DNA of 64,000 nt from Eledone cirrhosa (Eukaryota): assembly GCA_964016885.1 (NCBI GenBank), contig OZ024740.1, positions 242,172,001 through 242,236,000 of the forward strand, in the 5' to 3' direction. Both the position numbers and the translations under genes were made by a program. The notes under the pieces were generated by a model. It worked only from the letters and a program-made list of their open reading frames with translations, was not told where the DNA came from and searched no databases. Of this stretch, positions 41,398 to 55,772 are shown piece by piece. Position 1 is the stretch's first letter. Each line of letters begins with the position of its first letter.

Positions 41398-41732
41398 TCT
41401 CTTCTAGAAATAGCTATGATAGTGAATGTCTGTGGTACTGATGAATGAGTATTGAGTATTGTGTATTGGAGAAAAAAGTTTATATGGAAATTAATTAAAC
41501 ATTATATCATTTCATATGTTTTTATGAAAGTAATTATACTCTCCTCCACCACATAACATCCAACATAATGCATTATGTACAGGTTAATCCTGATCAAGCA
41601 GACCTATGATCAAAGACATTCAGACTATAACAACCACAATATAATAAGGGCAGCAACGACTTTAACCCATGCATTCTTTTTGTATCTTATATAGGATGGT
41701 AGACTGTGATTTGATGGTTGTTATTTCTAGCA

Positions 41733-41915
41733 GTGGATTGGCAGTATCGGTAGAGGGTCGGACGCCATGCTTTCAAGCATAGTTACGTCCCTTTACGATC
41801 TGAGTTCAAATCCCGCCGAGGTTGACTTTGCCTTTCATCCTTACGGGATCGATAAAATAAAGCACCAGTAATGCACTGGGTAATTGCTGGCCTTGTGCCT
41901 AAAATAGAAACAGTT
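41733..41915 (+). mobile_element. SINE family 1
   Basis: Head, core and tail match other copies. Confidence 0.88.
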
Positions 41916-43399
41916 ATTTCTAGCAGATTGAGCAGCCATGAAGATGCTCCACTGTTGGATAATATATCTACACATAGGAGATTATGGCTTCACATTGGTG
42001 GCAATTGCAATATACTGAGAAAATATCCAATGCCATATAGCAGAGAGGCATAACAATTATTCAAAGCTGAGTCTATTTCTAATTTCGTATCTTCAGGTGA
42101 CTATCATTATCATTTTTATGTCTGCTTTCTTCTACACTGACATGGTTTGGATAGGTTGTCATATCTTAAGTCTAGACCAGTCAAGTGACCAGGTCTTGCT
42201 AATAAGGCTTCATATTTGGAATGGTTTCTATGGCTGGACTTCCTCCTTAACATAACAGAATATACTGAATGTGTTTATTCATGGCAAAAGCTCTACTGCT
42301 TTACAGTGTGAACTGTACAGGCCAGACAAAGTGTATTTTATCATGGCACAAGAGAGGTTTTCACACAATTGTCAAGGCTGAAGAATATTCACATATATAC
42401 ATATATATATTATGCATAAGCAAACATACTAATGTATTGCTGTGAATATTATTTGTTTTAAAACCTTAATGAGGTAGTAGAGATAATCATGACTTTCAGT
42501 CCCCTTAGATTCTTTGCAGTACTCTTTAATGTATAACATGCTCTCTGAATTAAATATAAAATAAAATACATTATTCTGTCAGAGACCCAAAATAATCTTC
42601 ACGGTAAGACAAATTATATTTATGGACATATAATATATAAATAATATGCTGTGGGGATGTAATATGTAATAAACTCAGTTTATGTTTGTTAAGTTACTGC
42701 TAATTACTGTATATGACTAATATTTACTACACTGGACACTTCATTCATGACTGCACATGAAAAGTTTTGTGACTTGAAGAGACTCAAAATAAATTCAGAA
42801 TTGTAATCATTCACTATTGTTAGTTTGAGTTTTAACTAAAGATGCTCCTCACAAGACGATCAAATGGTTTCAAGCATTGGTACAGGACTGCTCTCAGAGC
42901 AAGTCAGGCTAGACCCATGTCTGCCAAGTCTTCATCCACAGACCTCAACCATACATACCATGCATATCCAATTTGGAATAGGTACACTGTATCTCTGTGT
43001 ATCATATGAAGCAATTAAAATGGTTTATATCACAAAGAGCATCTTGCTGTAAAACATTGCTTCAAATTGTCCCATATAGCCCATCCTATCATGGAAAAGT
43101 CAATGTAAAAATGATGATGATGTTAATGAAACAAACATATATACACCCTGCCTTTAATCCTTTTGTTAGCAAACTGCCTGAAACTCTCCCTTGTTTTATG
43201 CTACAGAACTTTGTTTTAAAATATTTATATCTAAAAACAGTCCATCATAATTTTGTGTTAAGAGCTTTTCTAATTCATGTTCCAAAATTCAGTTTAATAA
43301 TGATAAAGCTAGTTATATTACAAAATCTATCCAAATTCTTGAAATTCATAGGCAGTGTCTTTCATTGGAAATATGGCAAAGAAACAGGTTAACCCTTTA

Positions 43400-43959
43400 C
43401 AGATTAGCATGGGAGGGGGGGTGTTCTGTGGCCATAGTATCTAGAATAAGGACGGGTTGGAAGAAGTTTAGGGAGCTGCTTCCTCTGCTGACTAAGAAGG
43501 GTTTCTCCCTGCATACGAAAGGCCGGTTATATGATGCCTGTGTGAGGTGCGCAATACTGCATGGTAGTGAGACATGGGCAGCAACTGCAGAAGATATGCG
43601 ATGGCTGGAGAGAAATGAGGCAAGCATGCTCCGTTGGATGTGCAATGTCAATTTGCGTGAAGGACCGAGCATGGATGTGTTGAGAGAGAAACTGTGTTTA
43701 AGAGGGATAAATTGTAGTATGCGGGAGAGAAGACTGCGATGGTATGGACATGTGATGCGCATTGAAAATGACCGCTGGGTAAAGAAGTGCCAAGAAATGC
43801 CAGTTGAAGGAAGACGCAGTAGAGGTAGACCGCGAAAAACATGGACGGAGGTGGTGAGAGTAGATCTCAGATCGCTGAAACTCAGCGAGGAGATGACGAA
43901 GGGCCGTGAGAAGTGGAGAGATGCTGTGTTGAATAGGACCCCTCACACCCTTGCAAGCA

Positions 43960-43991
<32 letters not shown>
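43400..43991 (+). mobile_element. RTE-like LINE 3' fragment
   Basis: SRIRTGWKKFRELLPLL, ILHGSETWA, RLRWYGHVMR, GRRSRGRPRKTW; (GAT)n tail. Confidence 0.9.
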
Positions 43992-43992
<1 letters not shown>

Positions 43993-44761
43993 ACTCTATA
44001 TTTACTATTGTATTTTCACAGTAAACACTTTATCTCACATAATTATTTCACATAATATCAAATCTACGAGATTTTGATATTATTTATTTTGAGAACAATA
44101 TCTGGTATGAGCAGTCGGTTATGACCAGTTTGAACAGAAAGAGGTGAAAGAATTCTAAAGGATTAAAAAATAACCTGAATAGTAAAGAAATTAATTCTTG
44201 AGCTCATGCCTGTTCAATTGACATTAAACAGCAGAGAAGTATTTTTGATCAATATTCAGGGGATGGTTATATATTGAAGATTTCATCCACATGAATATTT
44301 GAATCCAGTATTGCAGTATCTCTGTCATCTAGGGTTGTGAACTGTAGATATTTCCTACTGTTGGATTATGTACAATTATTGAATATTAAGAGTATTTGAT
44401 TGGGAAAGAGGATAGTGATGGTAACAGTATGGAAATAATTGACTGTTTAGTACTCTCACTGACTCTCAGAATAACAATCACCTCAAATGTTTATTGTAAA
44501 AGAAAAAACTTATATTATCAATATATGTTATCAATCTACTTTGCTGTCTTAAAAAGTATTTAATAAATGTCAAGTTTAACCAAGTGAAATTATAATGTAT
44601 TCCTAATGGCATTGAAATATGAAAATAAATGAGACTAGAATATTAATGACATTCATAGATGTCACTGGCATGGGAAACATAAGATACACAATGAGAAAAA
44701 AACTATTATTTAATGACATATAATTTTCATTTGGTCTAGTATCTTTAGCTTGTGCTTCAGT

Positions 44762-45180
44762 GAAGGTGCACGGCTTAGTGGTTAGCACATTGGCCTTGCA
44801 ATCGAAAGGTTGTGAGTTCAATTCTAGGACCGGGTGATGTGTTGTATCCTTGAGCAAGACACTTTATTTCACATTGCTCCAGTTTACTCAGCTGTAGAAA
44901 TGAGATGATAGGATTGGGGTCCCTATCATTCCACTGCAAAATGGTTGTGAAGGTGCCACGACAAAAAAGCACCCAGCCCACATTGTAAAGTGGACGTGTA
45001 GGCGCCACGGAAAAAAAGCACCCAGCACTCACTGTAAATGAGGTTGGTGTTAGGAAGGGCATCCAGCTGTAGAAATCAAGCCAGAATCAGTTCCCGTATG
45101 AGCAAGACAAGGTCAGCCGCCCAGACACTGCCCACAACAGGGAAAAGTGGACGTAAAATGATGAAAGAAATGAAATGATG
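44762..45180 (+). mobile_element. tRNA-derived SINE family 2 (CORE-like) with RTE-type tail
   Basis: A/B boxes, tccttgagcaagacactttatttcac core, tail ggaaaagtggacgtaaaatga shared with the RTE end at 48785-48805. Confidence 0.8.
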
Positions 45181-45817
45181 ATTCAGTCATTCCTACATCA
45201 ACAAGTACAGAGAAGGGGTGTGCCTTGCTGAGAAGGTCAGAATAAGACTAAAACACATGTACGTAGTTGTCTCCAATACTTTCTGGAAAATTAAAATAAT
45301 ATTAGTTATTGACCTATATCGTTTTGTTTTGTTTTCCACTGTAATTTTTACTTATAGTCAGTGGTTTATTGCTTGACTTTGAGCATGATAACATCAAGTT
45401 ATATAATAACTAACAAAAATACTATATTTTGTTAAAATGACTTTGATATATTCCCAATTTCTAGGGTGTTAGTCGACTGAGAGTACAAAACTCCCATCTA
45501 GTTAGGATTCCAGCCAAACACAGAGCTATACCCCAGCTACTGCTGCTGATGGTACTCAATTCTTTTCAGATGAGTGGAACTCCAGCACTAGAGAGATCGG
45601 TGTGCTTCTGACACAACTAAAGAGATATCTCGATCCTTTTGGCATGGGTTCAACAAGAGGTTGTGCTTCCTATCACCAACCACTCTACATTGGATACTGG
45701 ATGCATTTTTTTATTTTTTGTAGTACCAGTGCTATTACACACATACACACAGGCATACATACATACATACACATATATACATATGTGTGTATGTATGTAT
45801 GCATATACATATGTATG

Positions 45818-45893
<76 letters not shown>

Positions 45894-45966
45894 ATATATA
45901 TATATATATATATATAGTTCGAGCATATACATATGTATGTATATATATATAAATATATATATATAA

Positions 45967-46041
<75 letters not shown>

Positions 46042-46044
<3 letters not shown>

Positions 46045-48820
46045 TTCGAGTTAGCAATCGAATAATTAAGCTTAGATTAGTTGTAAGCAGGAGACTACTG
46101 ACAATCATCTCTGCCTATGCCCCACAAGCAGGCCTAGGCAAAGAAGAGAAAGACTGCTTTTACGAGCAACTTTTACAAACAACCGCGATGACAGAAGACA
46201 GAGACATCGTTATGCTAGCAGGGGATTTCAATGGACATGTTGGACAGCTCCAGGATGGTTACACTGGGGTACATGGTGGGCACGATTACGTCTCAAGAAA
46301 TGAAGGAGTGAGACTTCTTGAATTTTGTGATGCAAGTACACTGACTATTTGCAACACTAACTTCCAGAAACCTGCCAACCACCTAATAACCTACAAATCA
46401 GGCGAGCACATAAGCCAGATTGACTTCTTACTAGTTAGGCAGCGGGACAGGCAGATGGTGTCAAATACCAAGGCATACCCTGGGGAAGAATGTACCCCAC
46501 AGCATAGGTTAGTCATTAGTGATATATCAGTAAGCAAGAGATGGAATGAGACATACAGGAAGGTGTGGAAAAGAAAGTGCTGGAAGCTAAAATACAAATT
46601 TAGGAAAGCCCTTCAAGATGTGTATGACGAAAAAGAAGACGATTTAGAGACGTATGACATAGATAATAACTGGGATTTCTTACGTGACAACTTACTGCAG
46701 GCTATTATTGAAACTTGTGGCTGGAGCAGAGCTCCAACCAGACAGAGAGTGACCTGGTGGTGGAACAGCACAGTAGATAAGGCCATTAGTGACAAAAGAC
46801 TAGCATAGAAGGCTTGGAGAAAAAAAAGGTGGGAGTAGAGAAGGATATACAGCCGCTAAGAGAGAAGCTAGACGTCAGGTGTACTTAGCACACAGAGAGG
46901 CTGAGAATAGGAGGTTTGCCAAAGTTCTGCGATGGGAAAATCAGAGGCGTGCGGTGTTCCACATGGCAAGGCAGTGTGTCAATGCAAATCAGGATGTTGT
47001 TGGAGATAAATGTGTCCGGAATGATGCCGCTGTACTTAGTTTCACGAAAGATCAGAAAAAGGAAGCCTGGAAATGTCATTATGAGAGACTGATGAATGTG
47101 GAGAACGAATGGGAGAGAGAGAAATTACCCTCAGTAGATCCGACAGAGGAACCAGCTATTGAGATTGACGAATATAGGGTCGAAGAGGCGATTAAGAAAA
47201 TGAAAAATGGTAAGGCTGCTGGACCGTCAGGGATAGTTGCTGAGATGCTGAAGGCATCAGGAGAAGTAGGCACTAAACTGGTTGCACGCATCATCAATCA
47301 GGCTATATATGGTGGTGTCATACCCAAAGACTGGTTCAGCAGTATTCTCATAAGTTGCTACAAAGGTAAAGTGGATGCTCTGGAGAAGAGCAATTATAGG
47401 GCATAAAGCTGATGGATCAGGTTATGAAAGTGGCAGAAAGGACATTAGCACAACTAATTAGAGAAAGGGTCAAACTAGATGAGATGCAGTTTTATTTTGT
47501 GCCTAGGAAAAGTACAACAGATGCCCTCTTCTTGGTGAGACAATTACAAGAGAGGTTCTTAGAGAAGAATAAGCCACTATACTTAGTTTTTGTTGACCTA
47601 GAGAAGGCCTTTGATAGGGTGCCCTGATCTGTCACCTGGTGGTCCCTAAGGAAACTAGGTGTTGAGGAATGGCTTGTGAGGACAGTGCAAACTTTGTACA
47701 GAGGTGCTGTCAGTAAAGTCAGGGTAGGAATGGAGTTTAGTGAGGAATTCCAGATAAAAGTAGGAGTACATCAAGGTCCTCAGCCCGCTCTTGTTCATTA
47801 TAGTCCTCCAAGCCATAACAGAGGAGTTTAAGACTGGCTGTCCATGGGAACTTCTCTATGCTGACCATCTGGTTCTTATAGCAGAATCAGTAGAGGAGCT
47901 AGAGAATAAATTCTGGCTATGGAAACAGCAGTTGCAAGCAAAGGGACTGAGAGTGAATCTAACTAAGGCAAAAGTGTTGATGAGTATAAAAGAGGACAAA
48001 ACTCTGATTCCGTCAGGGAAATGGCCATGTTCGATATGCAGAAAAGGAACTGGCATACATTCTATAAAATGCACACAATGCAGATCCTGAGTACACAAGA
48101 GATGTAGTGGGATAACAGGCAAACTAACAGGTAGGGAGAAATACGTATGCAGTAGATGTTCAGGGAAATTAGACAGTAGAAGTCGCATTGATAGACACAT
48201 TTTTGAAATGCAGGCGGGTGCTATAGAAGTGGTGGATAACTTCCGGTACCTAGGAGATCAGATTAGCATGGGAGGTGGGGTGTTCCGAGGCCATAGTATC
48301 TAGAATAAGGACGGGATGGAAGATGTTTAGGGTGCTGCTTCCTCTGCTGACGAAGAAGGATTTCTCCCTGCGTACAAAAGGCCGGTTATATGATTATTGT
48401 GTGAGGAGCACGATGCTGCAGAGGATATGGGACGGCTGGAGAGAAATGAGGCAAGCATGCTCCGTTGGATGTGCAATGTCAATGTACGTGAACGACCCAG
48501 CATGAATGTGTTGAGAGAGAAACTGTGTCTGAGAGGGATAGAATGTAGTGTGCGAGAGAGGAGACTGAGGTGGTATGACATGTGATGCGCATGTAGGATG
48601 ACCGATGGGTGAAGAAGTGCCAGGAAATGCCAGTTGAAGGAAGACGTGGTAGAGGTCGACCACGAAAAACATGGGCGGGGGTGGTGAGAACAGACCTCAG
48701 ATCGCTGAAGCTCACGATGGAGATGACGAAAGACAAGTGGAGAGATGCTGTGCTGAATAAGACCCGTCCTACCCTTGCAAGCAAGGAAAAGTGGACGTAA
48801 AATGAGGATAATGATGATGA
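46042..48820 (+). mobile_element. RTE-like LINE pseudogene (APE, RT, PHD-like finger)
   Basis: [55 protein letters not shown]; many stops and frameshifts. Confidence 0.92.
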
Positions 48821-48840
48821 TATATATTGGTAAAAGTAAA

Positions 48841-49173
48841 GACCTCCTTCGGTCATGAATGACCATGGAATTTGCCCCTAGAAAGTTTCTCTCCGAGGCA
48901 CAAGTCCGGGAAAGGTTGTTTGTAAAAGACCAGCAGTCGCCCATGCATACCAGCCTCCCCTCTCCACACCACTGATGATATCCAAGGAAATAGGAAAGGC
49001 CGATACAGCTTGGCACCAGTGAAGTGGCAACTCATTTCTACAGCTGAGTAAACTGGAGCAATGTGAAATAAAGATTCTTGCTCAAGGACACAACGCATCA
49101 CCTGGTCCGAGATTCAAACCCGCAACCTTCCTATTACAAACCCAATGATCTAACCACTAAGCCATTCACCTTC
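48841..49173 (-). mobile_element. SINE family 2 with an alternative 3' tail
   Basis: Same head and core as 44762, different tail; partial plus-strand copy at 49942-50060. Confidence 0.78.
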
Positions 49174-49181
49174 ATATATAT

Positions 49182-49826
49182 GTGTTATTCCATATCAAAT
49201 CATCCAGTTTCAGAAACATTTCCCAGGTCACCTCCTCAGATCGCCCTGACAAAATTCATACTAGCTCCTGTACCTATATGATGGAAAAATATCAACTATT
49301 AGGTTAATGATAGTTTTGAAAGTGTAGATCTTTGAAATATTAATATTAATTTTACATTTTTTTCCTAACGAGCTGGTCAGACCAACTAGAGACAGCCATT
49401 TCTCCTCTAATAAGGTAAGCACAACTTTGAAATCATGTGTTTAGGGCTAACTTTATCTGTAAAGTTCAAATACCTTATCAAATCAAGTGTATCTTGTATA
49501 TTTTTCCGTCTACAGGTCTCTGAAAATTGCCAAGAATTAAACGTACAGCAAATGTATGCCTCGTTTAGGTATTTTTATCGCAATAGGTACACTAGATAAA
49601 GCAACCACAATTGTTTTCCTGTTACTTAGCATATAGTAGACCATTTCTGAGCAGCAACCATGTTAGTTTCTATTATGGGAATGTCAGAATAATTTTTTGA
49701 TACATGCGATTTCAAAATTTCTCAAAAACTGCCCATTTTGATGCACTTAGTTGACCATGTGAGCAGTTAACTATCATTTTCAGAAATGGTCTATCACACT
49801 CAGGGGGATTTGACATGGAATGACCC
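49182..49826. mobile_element. Non-autonomous TIR DNA transposon, Sola-like
   Basis: TIRs gtgttattccatatcaaatc / gatttgacatggaatgaccc; 4-bp ATAT on both flanks. Confidence 0.65.
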
Positions 49827-50190
49827 ATATATATAACAATAATAATAAAAATGACGATTTGTTAGGTCTTTATTACAAATATATATATATATATATTAAA
49901 ATTCTCTAGATCGATACAGACGGACTATATGTACTTGAATTAAGGCGTGTGGCTGAGTGGTTAGAGAATTGGATTCGCAATTGTAAGGTTGTGAGTTCGA
50001 TTCCTGGACCAGGCGATGCGTTATGTCCTTGAGCAAGACACTTTATTTCACGTTGCTCCTTCTACCTGGAGTTGCGACCGATAGATAGTATTAGCAATTG
50101 GAAAGACCAACGGAAACATTGTTCCTTCGGTCCGATTTGACGAAAGTCGATCGTCTCCTCTCTATCTGGCTAAAAAATTATTGTCATTTT

Positions 50191-50223
<33 letters not shown>

Positions 50224-50267
50224 ATTAGTGTTGATCATATATTTTTTAATTTTTAATTTCTAAATTG

Positions 50268-50329
<62 letters not shown>

Positions 50330-52182
50330 CAAAGAATGTGTGGTAAGATACCAGGTGGACCATAACGCACGAAAGTACTCGATACTTAGAGTAGTAGAGT
50401 GGGTAATAGGAAAAGAGTCAGGACCCCGACGGCTGAGCTCTGGCGGTTTCGACAGCTAGATCCGAACTAAGCCAGTAGTATTAGAACGGTGGGAATGTAG
50501 TTGAACTTATCAAGGGGTACAGTCCATATATGGGCATGCAGTCAAAACAAAAAAAAGCAGAAATACCAAAGCAAATAATCCTAAAAATGCCTTGTTTTTC
50601 TTGTCTATCACGGGGAGTGGTCAATGATCTGGGATGTCATGTACATGGTTAAATTCCTTCATAGCGGTGGAGACTGAACACGCCTGTAGAAATAAGGGGA
50701 GAGACTAAGAGGACGGTCTAGCCTGTGGGTGCCAAGCCGGTCAGACGTTAAGAGAAAGATCTTTACAACTATCTATTATTTATAGAGACGGTAACCTACA
50801 ATTAAAATGGGTAAGAATGTAATTTCAGCATGTAAGAATCAAGGAAGGTTGTTAGAGAGTGTAAGTAAATGTGCCAAATCTAACACTTAGCTAAAGAGCA
50901 AAGTATTTAGATGTTAATACTAATTCAGTTACTAATAAAGAAATTTACGCTATAACCACCGCAGTTCTGACCATCCAAGGAACATTACCAACAACTTAGT
51001 AAAAAATATCTCCCTCCGCATATCACGCTTGTCCGTAAACGAGCAGATCTTCAATGAACACGCGCCATATAATAACCAGGCCCTCAAAAGAAGCGACTTC
51101 CAGGGGGACATTTCCTATTATGCAGGCCCTTCTAGCAGATCCAGCAGGCGACGCCACTGCTCATGCCACGTAACATGGTTCAACCCTCCCCACGATGCCG
51201 AGGTTGCAACACTAATTGGGAAGATCTTTTTCTGACTTCTCGATAAACACTTCCCACCCCAACACCACTACCACAATAGTATCAACAGAACTACACCAAA
51301 CTTTGCACAAAACATTGCTTCATCTATCAATAAAAAAGACTCCTCTCTAACAGAAGAAACAACAACGATATTAGTGGTGAGCAAATTAGAAGTTGCAATT
51401 GCCTGGATAGATCATCGTGCCCCCTCAACAACAGATGCCGTGAATGAAACGTGGTCTACCAGTGTAATGTGAGGATGGAACACTCCAGCAAGGCCTACAT
51501 CAGATTAACTGCCTGCGAGTTTAAGACCCAGTATTATCAACACCAACATTGATTTAGAAACCCGGCCCAGCGACACGCGACAGCACTTTCTGGCCATAGT
51601 TGGGACCTCCAAGACAACAATATTACCTACCATCTAAGTTGGAGCATATTTCCAAGGCAAAATCTTACTCGGGAGGACGCCGTCCGTGCAATTTATACTC
51701 GAAGGAAACGATCCAGAGGCTGTTTGCAAGGGACCAATTGTTAACTCGTTACCTCGTGTAAACACAGAATATATAGGAAATATCTTACCTGCAAACCCCC
51801 TCATGACCCAGGTGGGTATCTCCTTCCTAATTACAAAGCAAGATAGAGGAAACCTCAAGCATACTTAGGTAGAAATAGAATTTTTTCTTCGATAGTTACA
51901 CACTCTAATTACACTTAGGAGGATCTTTGGATATCTACACTATTATAAACAGTTCCTAATCTTCCTTATGTTAAACCGGAATATTTTCACCCTTGTTAAA
52001 TATACGTAGAACCGGCCGAACACAGCCATTTTTTTGGTGTATCATTATCAAAGAAAAAACTAGTAAATTAGTGTATTGAGGTGTCCTTCCTGTGCATTAA
52101 AGTAATTGATAACTAAATTTCGTTATTAGGAACTGAATTAGTATTAACATCTAAATGCTTTGCTCTTTAGCTAAGTGTTAGA
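50330..52182 (+). mobile_element. Penelope-like element fragment with an upstream inverted pLTR
   Basis: 50948-51870: RISRLSVNEQIF, VTWFNPP, CNCLDRSSCPLNNRC, VVYQC..KAYI; 50879-50947 is the reverse complement of 52114-52182; degenerate HHR at 50423-50518(-). Confidence 0.85.
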
Positions 52183-54100
52183 AAAGCCTCATTGCTACTG
52201 ATGTAGCTTCCTCTCTCATACTGTGCAACTTCGTCGTTTCTGTTTATCTGCTGGTTACGATTCTGCATAAGAGTGTATGTTGCATCATCTAAACCTTTGT
52301 TTATATATTTGCAAACATACTGAATAGGCTTAACAGAGTTGCAGAATTCAACATTGATATGGGCTTTGAAAGTTTTTGTAAGAAGAGGACAGTAGGGTAC
52401 ACCGATTGTCAATGATGAATTCTTGCACATTTTTCTTTTTTCTTCTGAAGTGAATCCACCCTGCCCAGGTTTTCTTCTCCTGTAAAGAGGGTAGTCACCT
52501 TCTCCAGTTCGGGTTTCTTGTACAGAGGAGCATAGGTAGTTTTTGGTACACTTATTATCCTTCGTGCATGGGGAGGATGGATTAATGGAACCGCAGGGCC
52601 TAATTGTGACTTGACAATTTCAGGCAGCAAAGGATCTTGCTGTGGATCAGGCAATTCAGCTGAGATAAGTTAATAAATATCCTTTGGCCGAAGTTTTTCA
52701 TGTAACCAAATCAAAATGTGGGTATGTGACAATCCTCGTTTTTGCCATTTAAGACTTCCCCCTTTTTTAGGAGATCCATCAGCTTTATGACTTTAAGTCT
52801 GAACACCCTACCTATAATATAATGGGGATCTTTAGATTCTTGATGAGGATAAAGCTCTCTCCTTATTTCATGTCATGTTGGGTTACATGTGTCTGTGATG
52901 AAGAAGTCTGGACGACCATAGTGTTTGACATATGTAAGTGCATCTACCATGTGCTTCCTGTGAAGCACTCATGCATATACCATGTGCATCCTGTGAAGCT
53001 TGATGGACGAATGAAACAAAGCTGACTAATGTTATCAGCGGCTAATGCTCCTTCATTACTGATTGCATCTCTCAGGTGAATGTAGTCTGATGTATTCTTA
53101 TGTACAAAAGCCTCCCCATTTCAATTTGTGCAGACATTTCAACTGCAAATTGCTGAAAGAGCTCATATGAACGAAGAAGAATATTGAAATCTTGCTCTCT
53201 TCATATGAAAAGGTAAGCATAGAATTCCTTGCAGTTTACTGTTTTATCAGTATAGAAGATATGTTTGTTTGATATCAAAGTGATATCCATCTTGGTCAAA
53301 TACACAGATTAATGGATACTGGAGTGCATCATATGATCGATGGGTTGCATTTATCCGCTGCAACATATTTCCTCTTCCTTGAATGATAATATTTCTCCTC
53401 CTATACCTCTCGCCTGTAATAATTGTAGCGGCCTCTTCAGCAACAGGCTTTTTGTCTGCATCAACATATCTTGCAGGTCAATGATTAACTCTTGTTTCAG
53501 ATTTGAAATTTTCAATGACTGTTGCAAAGCCTGCTCCTTGTAATTTACCACAAAACATAACTTCAAAAACTCTGGGTTTTTGCCTTCAGTTAGCAACAAA
53601 AATGCAATACGATGGTATACTTCACCTTGAACCTTAAAGATTAGCTTGAAGTTCCTTTCTCATAATATTGCTACTAAAGGAGGTCATTTGGAAAGCAGAA
53701 TTATAACTTCTAATGTTTTTCAAGAAGTGCATGCTCTTTGATGTATTTCCCAAAAGCAACACCTTCAAATTATCTGGGGGTGTACCAAACGTCGGTAGAA
53801 CAACCGTTTCTCCACCACATAAGGGGGTTTCTCTTCCCCATTTCTTTCCTGTACAAAAACTGCACTTTTTTGACAATGCTCCAATATTAATCAATTTCTC
53901 TGTAAAATAATCATGTATTGGATCATAGTTGAAAGCTGATCTTTTCCAAGTCCCCTTGAAAGGAGCAACTCTTTTGTCAAACGTATTTAGCCTATCTTGA
54001 TCAAGACTTACGCCTTTCCTCTGAGGATTGGCGAAGTCCTGCAGCAACCGTTTGCTCCTAGATTTTTCTTTGTCTAATCTCTTGGTGATCTATTGTCTCA
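52183..54100 (-). mobile_element. Helitron Rep domain pseudogene
   Basis: FLKNIRSYNSAFQMTSF, FKVQGEVYHRI, WQKRGLSHTHILIWL (HUH), AELPDP, AHINVEFCNSVKPIQYVCKYINKG. Confidence 0.9.
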
Positions 54101-54594
54101 TTGGCAACTCTGGCAGTTTGTCTTAGTATTGCATCCTTTAAACGTTTTTCTCTTTCCTCTTTTGATTCTGATGGAGGGTCTGTGGTTTTTCTCACAGATG
54201 TGAGAAAAACCACAGACCCTCCATCTCAACTCTACTTTTGAAAATACTTTTTTTTTAAATACTCCAGTTGCATTTTCGATTTCATCTTTTTTCTTTATAT
54301 ATATATAGTAAGGTTTTTGATATGAAATCGTGTATTCAAACACGAGCACACACCAAGCAAAATAAACACATTAGACGCACACAATGCACGTGCAAACAGA
54401 GACAACAATAAATAAATAAGAAAGCATTATAGGAACACAACATGAAAATAACTGAGGATGTCACAGATATTTGTGACGAAAGACCTCTGAAACTATCTTT
54501 ATTTTTATATTTTTAACTGTTGGTCACTCAATGATAAACGTTGATTGTCAGCTAAATTTTTTCTCGAAATATGAAGATATACTGAAGCGAAAAC

Positions 54595-55772
54595 AGAGAA
54601 GAAGGACTCTATCTTCACTGATAAAATAGAATATCACAGGGGTATATTTCAAGGAGACAGTCTCCCTGTGATACTATTTATTCTGTCATTAAACCCCTTG
54701 TCCTTTCTGCTCAAGAAATGTTAAAGATATATCATTGGCTCACAGGAGGACAGAAATACGAACCTAACTCATAATTTCTGTGTGGATGATCTGCAACTCT
54801 ATGCCAAGAATTTAGATGAGATGAAGAAATATCTTGACTTGGTTACAACATTCTCAAAGGATATAGGAATGGGGTTTGGCCAAGATAAATGTTCATATAT
54901 GACTGTAAAGCGAGGAAAAACAACAACCCAATCTAGCAGCATTGTCATCAATGGCCTAACTGTTTCACCTATATCTGATGAGGACTGCTACAGATACCTG
55001 GGGATAGATGAGAACATATCCTATAATGGTATCTGTAATAAAGAACGTGTAACCAGGGAATATTACACCCGATTAAGAAAGATATGGTCATCAAAACTCT
55101 CTGCGCAAAACAAAACAGTGGCTCACAATGTGTTTGCTGTGTCTGTCCTAACACCAACGTTTGGAATACTCAATTGGACGATAGACGAAATCCGAGCAGT
55201 TGATGTTAGAACTCGAAAAATACTAAACAACACCGGAAACTTCCACATCAACAGTGACATAGACCGCCTCTATTTGAAATGTAAGCAGGGGGGAGAATAT
55301 TTATGCAGAACTAATGAGAAATCTGCAGATACTCCACCCTGACTATAGCTTCAGATTTATGCCTGTGAATATTGGAGCACTGGGTTATGTTAGTAACTGC
55401 CTCAATACAAATCTTGAGAAGCTGGGCTTCACAGAAACAGAAAGAACACAATTAGTTAGGAAATTACAAGTATAATCCATTAATGGAAAAATATGAAAAA
55501 CATTCCAAAAATGTTGAATCTAATAACTGCATATACACATGTACAGATACAAAGCGTATGTACATGCACACATACAACTCAAAACATACACATCCACACA
55601 TACAATAACATCGCTACCTGCACACACATGCATGCATGCATGCATGCAGACATGCATACATATCTACCTAGTTGATGTTGTGTAAATTCCAATGAGAGAG
55701 TCTTGTAACTATGTTAGGAACCGACTCACTCTCTCTATTGGCAACAATTTATGAAATTATAAAACCAGAAGA
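54595..55772 (+). mobile_element. R4/Dong-like subfamily A, RT joined to the 3' end by an internal deletion
   Basis: GIFQGDSL, VDDLQLY, YRYLGI, DIDRLYL, then a junction at ~55292 into sequence matching 19806 onward; (CATA)n tail. Confidence 0.88.
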
